Part shown: positions 25,241 through 37,606 of the stretch, piece after piece
Layout of the letters: the number at the start of each line of letters is the position of its first letter
How positions within the stretch are numbered: position 1 is the stretch's first letter
From: Basidiobolus meristosporus CBS 931.73
Taxonomy: Eukaryota > Fungi > Basidiobolomycota
Direction of reading: 5' to 3'
Length of the DNA stretch: 64,000 bases
Assembly (NCBI GenBank): GCA_002104905.1
Contig: MCFE01000510.1
Coordinates: 844 to 64,843 of the forward strand
Notes under the pieces: generated by a model
Told to the model about the DNA's origin: nothing
Database searches by the model: none
What the model saw: the letters and a program-made list of their open reading frames with translations, nothing else
Translations under genes and position numbers: made by a program

Positions 25241-28200
25241 ATGTCTGCTCACTCAACGCATCCAAGTGAGACACCAGCGCCGAAGCGACGTTTAGTCGAG
25301 CCTTCGACCGGCCGTCGAGGCCCTGATACTCAGAGACGAAGAATCCTGCGAGACCCGAAGTTCCAAGCAGTGGAGAAAGAAAGCATCCAGGTTGTCATTC
25401 GTTGTCGGTAGGTGTCTCGTTCTTCCGTCTCATCGCTGAGTCTTCTTCTAAAGCCCGTTTACCCAGGGGACGTAACGACAAGGAGTTGAGAGAGAACTCT
25501 CCATTGGTCGTACAGAGCAACAGTCTGATCGGCTCCGAGATCTCTCTGAAAGCTGGCCCGTTCGACAAAGCGGCCAGAACCTATACTTTTGACAAGATTT
25601 TCGGCCCCGAGGCGACGCAAGAGCACGTTTACGACAACGTGGTGAAACCTTTTCTGGAAGAGGTAAATACCAACTACTAGTCTCCGCGGCCGCACTCACA
25701 CTCAGAATCGCTGACATTTCTATCCACCATTTCCCACGGTCGCCAGGTCATCATGGGGTAGGAAAACAATGCATCCTTGTCTCCACCATCTCACTTGTCA
25801 CTCATCGATTACACCCACTCTAGTTACAACTGCACCATCTTCGCTTACGGCCAAACAGGCACCGGTAAGACGTATACCATGGAGGGAAATCTGGAGGAGG
25901 TGAACAACTCGTTCTCCAAAAACGCCGGGATCATTCCACGAACGCTACACAGGCTGTTTGAGAGATTGGAGTCCGAAACTGCCGAGTACTCCGTCCGCCT
26001 TTCCTTCATCGAGCTCTACAACGAAGAGCTCAAAGATCTGCTTGCCTCCGATGACGACACGAAGCGTCTGAAAATCTTCGAGGATATCTCCCGTAAGGGG
26101 TCGGTGGTTATTCATGGATTGGAAGAGTTCCTGGTTAACAACGCCATGGACGGCATCCAATTGCTGCAAAAAGGCTCCTTGAGAAGAAAAATGGCAGCCA
26201 CGAAATGCAATGACAAGTCTAGTCGTTCGCACAGCGTCTTTTCCATCACCGTACACATCAAGGAATCCACCCCCAACGGCGACGACCTCCTCAAGGTTGG
26301 TAAATTGAACCTTGTCGATCTGGCAGGTTCCGAGAACATTGGCCGTTCGGGGGCCGAGAACAAGCGCGCCAGAGAGGCCGGCATGATCAATCAGAGTTTA
26401 CTGACTCTCGGAAGAGTAATCAACTCCCTCGTGGAAAGATCCCCTCACATTCCATACAGAGAGAGTAAACTGACCCGTTTACTGCAAGACTCGCTGGGTG
26501 GTAAGACCAAGACCTGCATCATTGCCACCGTTTCACCAGCACGAATCAACCTGGAAGAGACGCAGAGCACCTTGGACTACGCCAGTCGTGCCAAAAGCAT
26601 TCGCAACAAGCCGGAGGTGAATCAAAAGCTCACCAAAAAGGCTCTGATCAAAGAGTATGTGGACGAGATCGAACGGTTGAAGTCGGATCTTATGGTAAGC
26701 TAGGATGCATCGCTCCCAGGTTGTACATGACTAACCGTTGCCACAGGCGTCTCGCGACAAAAACGGCGTGTATCTCACGTCGGAAAACTACCAGTCGCTA
26801 GTGGATGAGAATCGGAGCAGTCAAGATCTCATCAATGAGCTGAACAAGAAAATGGAGACCATACAAGAGCAACTAAACTCGACCACCGAAGAGTTCAAAC
26901 TTAAAATGGACCTCCTCAATAGCACTTCGGAGCGCCTTGCCACCGCGGAGATGCAATTGGAGCATACATCGAGCACCCTGGAAGAAACTTCCCAGAACCT
27001 ACACGATGCAAAGCAAACACTCGAAGAGCAAAAGGTGCTAACCGAGGCTCATGCGGAGACTGAGGTGATGCTCAACTCGCTGGCAAATGGGTTAGTATTC
27101 TCTCTCAAGAGGAGTCTTGAAGATTCGCACCACTTACATGCCAAGATCGATCGGAAGAGCGTCATTGAGATGGAGAATAGGCGGTTGTTCAAGGAATTCC
27201 AGCAAGTACTCACTTCCCAGGCAGAAAACCTGGAAGCGGATATTGAGGAGTTCAAAGGAGCTCAGCACACTTTCATCGACACCTGCGTTAGCCACCTGCA
27301 TACGTTTGTCCATCAAAAGCTCAAAGAGGTAGCACAACAAGCAGCATCCATTGACGAGACTCTGCAATCCCATGCAGAACAGCAATCCTGCCTGCAGAAA
27401 GCATTCCAGGGCTACAAGGATAGCATGGCTTCACACCACACTCAGGCCGAAGGCTCTTACGACACCATCCGGGTGGCGCTTCGTAACCAGACCGAAACCT
27501 TTCAGCAGCTAGGTAAAGATTTGTTCGAGACATTCAGCCAAGAATTGCACAAGTATCACAGTGGCTTTACTGTTTGGCAAGAAAAAATGGAATCGAATTT
27601 CCATAGATTAGCCAAAGAGTCCAAACGCCAGGCGGAAGAGCAGGGCTTGTTACTCGCCTCCATGGCCCAGACTGTTAGAATGGAGAGCGAGCAAGAGGTG
27701 AGTAGACTCCATCAGCAAAATGCGGAGTTGGCGACTGCTCTTCAGCATGAAAAGGAGAAGAATGCGGAGAAACAAAGTCAACTTCTCACTCATGTCGCGA
27801 AACTGGTCCAAGAGTACAGTGCTAAACGGCAAAAGAATCACCACCAAACCGCTGGGAAGCTGCAGTCTGCACTCTCCTCCAACACGGCCTCTCTTCAAAA
27901 TCTCAAATCGAAGGTCAGCTCGGTGTCCACCGGCGCATCGTCGAAGAACTCAGATTTCATGGCCGGCCTGGCTGCAGCCACTCAACAGATTGTTGATAAA
28001 GTTGCCACTGGATCAAAGCATCTGGAGGCCTGCTCCCACAACAATGTCGGCTTGTTAGACAAAGCTCAAGCCAGATTGAGTACGCGGATGAGTGAGTCCC
28101 TATGTGTTGTTGATAAACAGCTAAAAAACATGGAAGCCATCAATCATGGACTGCTCGACTCCTCCCACAAGTTCTACAACGGCCACTTGAAGGAATCCCA

Positions 28201-28543
28201 AGATCTCCGGTCGGAATTTGCGCAGAAGCACAATTCCTCCAAGTCGCTAGACATCTCCATGCAAAGCAACATACTTGAGCACAAGAATGAGATGGTAGCA
28301 AGCTTGTCAGCCATCACTGACGCCGTGAACACACTCCAGAGCTCAGTTGACGAGCATCTGTGTGACACCAAGAACACTGTCAACCGCGTGATTAGTCAAG
28401 AGATTAAGGTTGACCGGGCTACTGGCGAAACACCCCAAAAGCGCAAGTACTCTCACAGCAGCACCTGGCCGCTAACTCGTCCACACGAAATGATCCTTGA
28501 GGAATGGCGAAACCAGGCCGAGGAGTGCTCCGAGACACGCTAG
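25241..28543 (+). CDS. bimC: Kinesin-5 (BimC/Cut7/Eg5 family) mitotic motor, 1013 aa, 5 exons
   Basis: Exons 25241-25407, 25467-25662, 25747-25757, 25824-26694 and 26747-28543 total 3042 nt in frame. Motifs [21 protein letters not shown] and [19 protein letters not shown], coiled-coil stalk, and BimC box TGETPQKR. Confidence 0.97.
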
Positions 28544-29519
28544 TCGGGTTGGTTTCTCCTCGTAATCGCTCTCACTCGCCTTGTACTTGCCGATGATTGT
28601 ATGATTACCTGCAATCGTCAGAAGTTCCAATTGCACATGAAAGCCAACTCCATCGACCGTGAATATTTGTCAAAGTGCTGGTCATAAGTTGTCATATTTT
28701 TGAACTGTACAATATTATGCGTATTAATTTCTGGTTTTGTTGAGATGACTGAGTTGGTAGAAGAGATTTTGTCGGTTTTGGTTGAATAATTTTTGAGCGT
28801 ACATTCATGCGTCAACACTTTAAACTTGAATGGTAGGTTAATAAAACGGTACCTCAACAAGCGGAGCCATTCTGCCCACGGCTTTGATCACCTTAGATAG
28901 ATAGCCACTAGACTCCATTCTGCACACTTTGCTCAGGCCATTGCCATAAGACCTGGGCAGCGAGACATCGCGCCACCTCTAGAGTTGTGCGGACCTTCCC
29001 AAACCCACGTCTATGCAGCTAGCATGCACCCAGAGAGTTCCAACAACCCGTATATCTATGCAGCGCCTTCTGTAGTTGAGACCATGCAGCCAGTTATTCC
29101 ACCGGATCCAGGATATTCCTGATCTGCCTGAAGTTCTTTGCCTAATTAAAGTCGGGATAAAGATCCACCTATGCGCAGGCAGATGCGTTGTAGAACCCAG
29201 ATTGCTGGTCACTCATCAATGGTATGACCCGAGTAAGCTATATTTGGGCAGCGCCAACATGGGAGGCATTGGGCAGTACTCTACTGCGCCTTCCTTATAT
29301 GGTTGCGAGATTGAGTCAAGTTTGGGGTTAGGCTCGGTCTCTGGGAAGCAACCCAACATGGTTTTTAATGGTTCCCCACACAGGATGGGATGGTTGTTTA
29401 ATAGCAAGCAATTTTGGGAGTGTGTAATGGAAAAGGAGGATTGAGGACCTAAAGATTAAAGAAAATACAGGGAATCTCACCTAGAGTACGGAGGGGGTCA
29501 AGCTGATCGATGTGTACAT

Positions 29520-30345
29520 TTACTTGTTGCTAATCACCAGTTCCAAGAACTGCTCATAATTGATGTAGACCCAGCCATCCGAGTCGGTATCGAAGTTGCG
29601 GAACGAGTTGGTGAGGGAGTGGATGGTGACGCACACTTGGATGAAGCTATCAAATGTGATGTCTCCTTTGCCTGCGAGTACGGACCGACGCATTAGTACC
29701 TTACGCTTCAGCAACAGGGAAAAAGTAACTACCGTGTCTATCGTATTTGAGGATCAGTGTATGGATCAACCGGTCGCCGATATTGTAACCGAAAGTACGC
29801 AACGCGTGCTTCAGTTCACCAGCATCTATAGAGCCGCTGCCATCCCGGTCGAAATTCCGAAAGCACGCACGCCATTTCTCGATGTATCTCCATAGGCCGA
29901 CAAATTCGTATATATCGATGTAGCCGCTCTGGTCACGGTCAAACATATTCATCATCAAGCGGACCGTTTCGAGGTTGAATTGGGACATGTTATCTGGTGG
30001 GGTGGTGGGAAATGAGTCAACACGTTGTGGAGGGTGGGCTGAGTTTTGTCTATATACCGTTCAGTAGGGCATTTTGAAGTTCTTCGGTAGTTAGCTTTCC
30101 ATTGCCGTCGCTTTAAAGCAAAGTATGAGTATCCACAATGGGTAGAGATTTTTCGCCTCAGCCCTACCTATCAACTGCCTTGAACCAGTCCTGAAGTTGA
30201 CGGTCATGTATAGGCGGTGGCTGTGCCGGAGCGGTCCCATTGGAAGCTGCTCGGCATTAGAATAAGTAGAACTACGGAGGTTGATAATGCAAGGATACTC
30301 ACCAACACTATAACGCCTATCCATGGGAGTGTTTCTATAAGCCAT
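29520..30345 (-). CDS. PEF1: Penta-EF-hand protein (Pef1/peflin/ALG-2 family), 5 exons
   Basis: The spliced product has WFKAVDSDGNGKLTTEELQNALLN, FNLETVRLMMNMFDRDQSGYIDIYEF, FRNFDRDGSGSIDAGEL and FRNFDTDSDGWVYINYEQFL. Confidence 0.93.
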
Positions 30346-32512
30346 GGTTACAAAGATGCTTCCGGGGAGAACTGTGTAGTTTGCAGGAAAATATCAAATA
30401 GAAGCGTAATGCTCTAACGTTCGGATCAAGTTGAAGAAAGAACGCTCGCAACTGGCTGCCGTGTGGAGACTTGAAATTAGTCTTAAACCATGGCATATTA
30501 GGAATCCCTGGTCTTTTTATCGCATCAAGTACACATCGACCCTTGTCCAGGGGCTAAATTCCCATCACATACCTTGTGTGGAGGTTCTCTGATGCAAATT
30601 CCGCTTGTGCCATTGCCCATTTTCAGCACTATTCCGCGACCGAATTCGGTCGCTTGGCTGGAATCGACTGAATCATGATGGATGACAGGCCAATAATAGA
30701 TGTAATCGAGGTTGGTGTTGAATGAAAGGATCAAATGTGCTTGGTTACGTGAATCACAACCATAATTTCCTGGTTTCCTTAATCAGCATCTCCAATATGA
30801 ATCGATATTAGGAGCCCTCCTCATCAGGAGCAATAGCCAAAGAATGCACAACAGTCTGATGCAATGTAAGACAGATCTAGCGAGCAAGTTTATTTTCTCG
30901 ACGATGTAGTGTGTGGTAGAGAGGCCTGCAACGCTTCCAAGTAATACAGGATGCTTCTGGTTGGGGCTGTTGTCTTCGATAGTCGTGCCATGGAACGTAG
31001 CACTGGTGGCATTCCATCGGATTGTATTAATCCTCAGTACTTCTCGCATTTGCACCAATGCCAGTGCGATTATATCGCTCATGTGACTCGCAACCGCTTG
31101 CTGCTGAACTATAAAGCTAATTTTCGGACACCGTTTTAGAGCGGTGCATAACGAAGCCATCCCAAGCTCTGGGATCATCTGATCAACGTGATCAAGAGCG
31201 TGCTGTGAATCCGGCCCACCATGACACCTAATAGAATTTATGTAACCATGGTTGTCCACTCAGAAGCTTTCTGAGCCTTCCACTTGATAATCAAACAGCT
31301 TTCCTGAGCACAGTCGATGATTTAGCCGAATGGAACTTTGCAGCCATACTCAACATTAGTCACATCTATAGGTCGATGCCTATCCCAATCAGCCCTCTCC
31401 TCAGCGAGAGCAAGAGAACAGCTTTGGCGTTGCATCACTTCCGATTGGCATCGAGGGGCCAGAGCCTCCAGTAAGAGTCCGGTGTGTGCTTGCATATTTG
31501 AATACAGCCATCGACCTCGAGAGTATCTTGCAGTAATGACCTAATCTTTCGAACTGATGGAATCCTTAGCTGGTTTATTCAAGTCTTCCTGCATCGCAGC
31601 CACGAATGGAGCGGCGTGTTGGTAAATGGTGCCGCAGCCTAGAAGAGCAGCATGTGGTCACATTAACATATGCAGAATCGACATGCATTTCTGAGCAACT
31701 TTGGCTAACGCATGATGCCTAGGCCCTTCAGTTGCGGGTTGGATTGTCCAGGAACATACCAGTCCGCTCTTGCGATCCATGGATGGACCAGAGGTGCTAC
31801 TACCCGCAACACAGGCGTGGCATTCGTTCGGCAGTTGGCGCTGGGAAGTCGAGTATTGGTTTCAGACGTCACTCAAGAATGGAATCCCTGATGTGAAGGG
31901 CCAGTGTTGAGGATCATGCCATGATCGGCTGATTTCGAATGTTAACTCACTTGGCTATGCTTGAGTTGATGGGGCGCTTGGAATGCGGTGGTGTTTTGGA
32001 TTGCGGCCGTGGTGTATATATTTGGTTTCATCCACACTTCTGCTTGTTATTGATCAGTGTCCGGCCAGCAACCAACCAGAATCCGATCTCAATGGTACTC
32101 ATATTTCGGCATCACTGTGCATTTGATCACATAGCTGAATCAATGGGCAGGCCGATTATGATTGCAGCCCGATTATGCGAATTCAATCAATCTGGTAATA
32201 CGGTCAACACAATTTGATGGGTTTAAGGGCACCCGGCTTGGTTGTCAGGCTAATAAGTATGTCACTGCTCCCTCACCATGCACGGCCATAATCATGGTTT
32301 TAATCAACTATTTATCAATGCGAGACTGTTGATAATGATTGTCCAGCAAATAGCGAAAGGTGATTAAATGATGGGTCACCTTTGTGCTCACCTGATTAGG
32401 AACCTAGTTGCCACAGCCTTGAGCAGCCAAAACATATAATCCTTTGTAACCCGTTGCTGTTTGTTTACACTCTAGCATATCCATAGCTAATCTGTCGATA
32501 AGTAACTTGAGA

Positions 32513-33198
32513 ATGACACCCCTAAACGGATTCAGACGAGCTAACCCCCGCACAAACACTTCATACCGCTCTCACAGGAGTTACCGAATTTACATCGGGA
32601 ACGAAGGATTCATACTATCCAATTCCAACCCTACTGTGGGTTCAAACTACACATCGGCTAACTATAACCCCACTGTCTTTCTACAGCTAAACAACACAAA
32701 GCCTTGCTGCGCACTCAATTGCAACGCTTGCCAAGCCTTAATCTCCAAAAACGCCATACATGCTGTCTTATTGAACAATACAAGAACCGAGATTTTCGCT
32801 ACGGATGCACCCCCTATAGGGTAAGACATGCTGGTTTCTGTTGGCCAAGCTTGATAATAACGTGCACATCTAGGGTTGAAGGAGTCGGGGCGGATTACTG
32901 GTCCAAGAGCTGTGGTTGCCGAATAACCGATCTTGCCTGTTTAAGCTGGTACGATATTGAGCACGAACGCTTCTCAGCAACAATGGTTAATGGCTTTTCT
33001 TATAGCGGGAATATCATCGGATACGCTTTATCTTCAATCTGCCCGAACTGCACGTCGGAGCATCAGTGGCGATTCCACAGTGATACAGTGACCTTCAACG
33101 AATCCTTGGATTTCCATCCTAGCGACATTGGTGCTGTGATGGGCGCTGGGATCACGGATTCCGTTATGGAGGTTGAAAGCGAGTTTCCAGGCCGTTAG
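32513..33198 (+). CDS. FAM72-like Zn-binding (Yippee-like fold) protein
   Basis: Introns 32821-32873 and 32949-33005, and possibly 32636-32686, join the frames into LNCNACQALISKNAIHAVLLNNTRTEIFATDAPPIGVEGVGADYWSKSCGCRITDLACLSCGNIIGYALSSICPNC..HQWRFHSDTV. This is colinear with FAM72 as recalled ([65 protein letters not shown]). The start is uncertain. Confidence 0.88.
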
Positions 33199-33704
33199 CC
33201 AAAAGCAGGAATCCATTAGACATGTGCCCACAAGAATCTAAGTAATCATCAAGAAATTCCAGTACACCCAATCGAGCATTTGAATTGTGTGTATGCACCA
33301 GATTAACGTAAACTTATGTGTTGTCCAAGCAGTTCACCTAAACCGCTGCTCGTGTGCGGCCCTTACTATTCATACCTGCAGCTTAATATATGTAGGGCTA
33401 GGGACATTTTTTGATCATGACTTTCCATACCGTGTTACGAATAAATATCATCAGGAGTTCTGTCCGAGATCTGATTGATGGCCCTTGTGCTACTTGTTTG
33501 TTGGGCCGTTAAACCGGAAGGTCTGGGCCTGGAGTTTGAATACTCCACTGTGGAATGAGCGGGCGGGTAATGACTGATTAATTCTTGCACACAGTACAGC
33601 GTGGAATTGATGGCTTTGATGCCGATGATTATGGAGAGATGGTTAATATAGCTAGCTCAGCTATCAAGTGCCAAAGTAGCTGGGTGAGATGAGAGTATGG
33701 CAGC

Positions 33705-34716
33705 CATGGTACAGGCAATGGCACATTTGTTGTACGCATGCTGTCCAGATGCAATGATTGAGCCACCGCTACCCTTCTTCTAACTGCAGTTCCGCTGCCG
33801 ACGCCAGTCTCTCGGGGATGCGTTTCTGCATACATCCTGATAGTGCCGATAAGCAGATGGGAATCAGGTTACTCATGCGTCTATACATCGACCTGAGGTG
33901 ATGCATCTAATAGGGTTTACCTATGACTTTGTGTCTGTTGGAATAACCATTTCCCACCCCGTTTCTACCCAGGCTGGTGATGCGATGTACGAGAGTATTC
34001 GTTGATCGGGTAAGGATGTTACTAGATGCCAGGGAAGTAGCATCGCCTCCGTCGAAACACTCACAGCTGTGTCTGGATTTTTTAGCGCTGCCCCTGGGCT
34101 TACATGCGGCCTAGAAGTTTCAGAGGTACAGAGCAGGAGGGGAGATGGGTGAGATATAGACAGCAAAGGGTGCGACTGACAACGTAGCCAGCGATTTGTT
34201 GATACGAGTAGCTCCTATAAGACCAGTTAGCAAAGATTTGGTGTCCTCTAACATTCCATTCCACGTTACCATCGCTTTTCGATTTGCTAGCGTTGCGGCC
34301 ACTGGATTGTTCAAGCGGACCTCCAAAAAAGATATCAAATACTTAGGATCACACCATACATATCTTACTACGGAGAGGTCAATGGTATTGTAGACAGTGT
34401 TTCCGACTCACTCGTCCAGCAATGGCATCAAATCGCTCGAGTCTGGGAAGTAGGAATGGCTAAACAGATACAAAGCGGCGGGCAAATCCCAGAATCGTGA
34501 TAGCAGCCAACTAGATGTATCACCCCAGGACGATGTACAGACACATGAGTAACCTGATTCCCATCTGCTTATCGGCACTATCAGGATGTATGCAGAAACG
34601 CATCCCCGAGAGACTGGCGTCGGCAGCGAGACTGCAGTTGGAAGAAGGGTAGTGGTGGCTCAATCATTGTATCTGGACAGCATGCGTGCAACCAATGTGT
34701 CATTGCCTATACAGTG
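33705..34716. repeat. Long inverted repeat: 205-bp arms (33705-33909, 34512-34716) with a 602-bp spacer
   Basis: Gapless hand alignment gives 16 mismatches in 205 bp (~92%), with an 85-bp perfect core. Confidence 0.95.
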
Positions 34717-35706
34717 TTACCACTCTCTTAATATCCCCAAATAGCAAAGTCGCAAAACAAACAGAGTATAATCAGCTAATCAAAAGGTTTCATGCAAGTA
34801 CCTTGGTTTTTTCCACTGCCGCATTCCTTTAGTAATTCGTTTTCACTGTTAGTAGCAACCAAATATAGTCAGAGCTCTCCAAAACCTCTTTCGGCAGAGT
34901 GCCAACAAACAAGCGGCAGCGTCAGCATTTCCCATGTGCTACCCGATACAAACACGCCAAATAAACAACATTAGAGTGTGTTTGTTACCCAACGATCGAT
35001 TATACACGCACCAAACGGTATAAAACGAAATCTTCTCGATCTCATCGTTGCTATGCATAAATTGGCCATTGCAATCCAACTAGTTACAGGAGGTGCATGC
35101 TAACGCTTCATCCTATCCTACTTCGCCAACCAAATATCAAGGACTATTTGTCGGCCAAGAGATGGTGCTACAACGACCCCAGTGTAGTCGGAGGTTTTCA
35201 ATATCAGAGATATGTATGCATGGGTATCAAGTACACTCATTCATGACTATTCCCCAAGCCAACTTGGGATGGATGATTTGTAAGGCGCATATCAATACCT
35301 CAAATAGATATCTAGTTACCGACTAATTTCATGGCGATTTCCATATTTGAGACGGATGCTCTTCAATCACTGGATTTTCCGGGATTCCATGGTCGACCCA
35401 CCCTTTATCCAACATTTATTTCCCTGTGCCGTTCTCTGGCTGATTCCTTCCTTCCCCGATTCTATATATTTCCAAGAGGACGGGCTGTTTTCCGCCATAT
35501 ATCCATACTTCTTTGTAAATTCCGCCTGGTTTCTTTGTTTTGATCCTCTCACAGGGCATATAACTTCTCAGTGTCCATCGTGCTCTCATTCTACTTTTCC
35601 TTTTCCATCCCCGAACTCGCTCTTCTACTTTGTTTTTTCCTTTGTTCATCCAAAGACTTTTCCAACCACACCACCCAACTCAACGAGGATACGCTCTAGT
35701 GAAACA

Positions 35707-36425
35707 ATGTCCTTAAGGCGAACCCTAACTAACCCCAGCTCCGACGAATTAAATGAGAAGCTTTTACCCCCAACACCTACGACCAGTGCGACAACAATTA
35801 GCAACCAGGAATTAAACACCGAGAATACCAGGTTTTCGGACTTGGTCATATTTGAAGAGCGGCTTAAAACTCACAAGCAGCATCTTAAACGTGAACGCCG
35901 ACGGATTGAATGTGAGTTCCACGTCTAGCCAGCTCCGTCTGGAAGTCCCACCTTGCTAACATGCTACATTGTATAGCCCTGTTTTTGGTGTTGGTTTTGG
36001 CGGTAGCTTATTTCGCCACAGCCATTATCTTTTATCCATCTAAGGTATGGATTTCAACCAGACTCGTTTGCCTCCCTCCCTCCTACTGACATGAATGTCT
36101 GATAGAATGAGACCTTACACCTCGTAAACAAATTCTCCTTAGTCATAGCTGGAGCATTGTCACTATATGTATATCACAGTGATCGTAGAGGCAATGAAAA
36201 TAGGTAACAGCTTCCTTGCTCCATACACCCTGTATGTGTCGATGATTTACGGCTCGAGTCTGCAGATTTGTTCCGCAATGTAACCGGGTTTTGGAAACGT
36301 ATGGTTTGCAACTTCAAGACGAAAGCGAAGAACTTAGCTTCAGCCAATTCGTTCCGTACTCTCTGCAACTTGGCTACGAGGGCTACAAGCAGACATTGAG
36401 AATGAGAAGAGCTATCAAGAACTAA
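35707..36425 (+). CDS. SPO7: Spo7/CNEP1R1-like regulatory subunit of the Nem1-Spo7 phosphatase, 176 aa, 4 exons
   Basis: Exons 35707-35911, 35977-36044, 36106-36203 and 36266-36425 total 531 nt. FSDLVIFEERLK..LKRERRR is followed by two hydrophobic segments and FVPQCNRVL..YGL. Confidence 0.75.
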
Positions 36426-36954
36426 CCAAAACCGCAGACACAGGAAGCTCGCCTACGAACTTATTCGCAAGCATTCAACTGTTCCTTCTTCCTACTTATT
36501 ATGAATAGCCATTTATTGGTGTGTTGGCATCTATATATTCGATCCTTAATAGTTCATGTATCACCTAATTCACGCCAACACAACCCATCTCTCAGCCATG
36601 TTCCCCGCCTTTCGCAAACATTTACCCAAACATCAGCTAACCGTGATCCTCGATGGTTGATTCCCTAATTTTTTTCGCCACTGCGAAGCAGTTCGTGAAA
36701 GAGCTATCTGCTGTATCCACATATCCTAACGTTTCCAATTAAATCGATCGACTGAATCCAAAATGATCAGGTCTAGGTGCACGCGGTAGAAAGTAGTTCC
36801 CCGCTTCGCCCTTGCCATCCACATGGTCTAGAAATTCCCTTCGATTGTGCGTCCCGGGACCACGCTGGCAAATCCCTTCCAACCCCATTTATTGACAATT
36901 CCCGAACTGATGCTTCGCTCGAATTCGTAGGTCTCGAGGTCTGATCTTCGCGGC

Positions 36955-37606
36955 CTAGAAGTTCAGAGCATAGCCGATCGCCTCGGAAATATCACAATCA
37001 TTACAGTTACAAAGCGCATTCACCGTGGTTTTTTTATCGCTGAAATTCCAGGTACACTCCTGGCGGTACCGGTTCCTATTGCTAGCCGAAACACAGAGAT
37101 TGGCACAGTTCTGGAATGACCGACCCCCAAACGCGAAATAGTTAGTACCGAAGCATCAATCAGCCAGCCTAAGGATCGTGCTCACCCGCTTGAAGTTGTC
37201 GCAGAATTGACGGCCGTTGGACTTGATCGTTGCATTGTAGGGATAGTCTCTGTCGGTTTTACGTATGGGAGTCTTCCTGAGTGCAGTCACCGTGGCATCC
37301 GAGTTGTCGTTACAGCCGCATTGGATGTTGAATCTAGAGCCACTGCCTCTACTGCATTGTTGGTTGCTCGCAAACGTATTGCTATGCTGACATATGGACT
37401 GGCAGTTGGAGCTATGTTCATCGAATTGCCAGTCAGCTATCTACTGGAGCAACGCATATTTAACCTGCCTTTAAACCGTGGCATTACCTGAAAACACCGC
37501 AAAAGATAACTGCAGCGGAAGCATCGGGGAACTCGGAGCGCGCGGTCCCTTGAGACAGGACTCCCCCGAGAAGTGCCGTGGTGAGTAAGCAGTAGTCGAG
37601 CCACAT
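36955..37606 (-). CDS. 166-aa secreted cysteine-rich protein with two tandem 6-Cys modules (3 exons)
   Basis: Exons 37606-37488, 37411-37186 and 37110-36955 total 501 nt in frame. The introns have GCTGAC and TACTAAC branch sites. Signal-like N-terminus MWLDYCLLTTALLGGVLSQG; repeats FCGVFSSNCQSIC..C..CGCND and FCDNFKRNCANLC..C..CNCND. Confidence 0.85.

Noticed and set aside
25448-28383. Several minus-strand and alternate-frame ORFs over kinesin-5
   Set aside because: Shadow ORFs of a GC-balanced coding gene, with no motifs of their own.
28618-29444. Short ORFs between the convergent kinesin-5 and PEF1 3' ends
   Set aside because: Likely UTR/intergenic sequence, with no motifs.
35347-35706. 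Hydrophobic N-terminal 120 aa of ORF 35347..35928
   Set aside because: A pyrimidine-rich promoter/5' UTR read in frame from a non-ATG start. The Spo7-like protein begins at ATG 35707.
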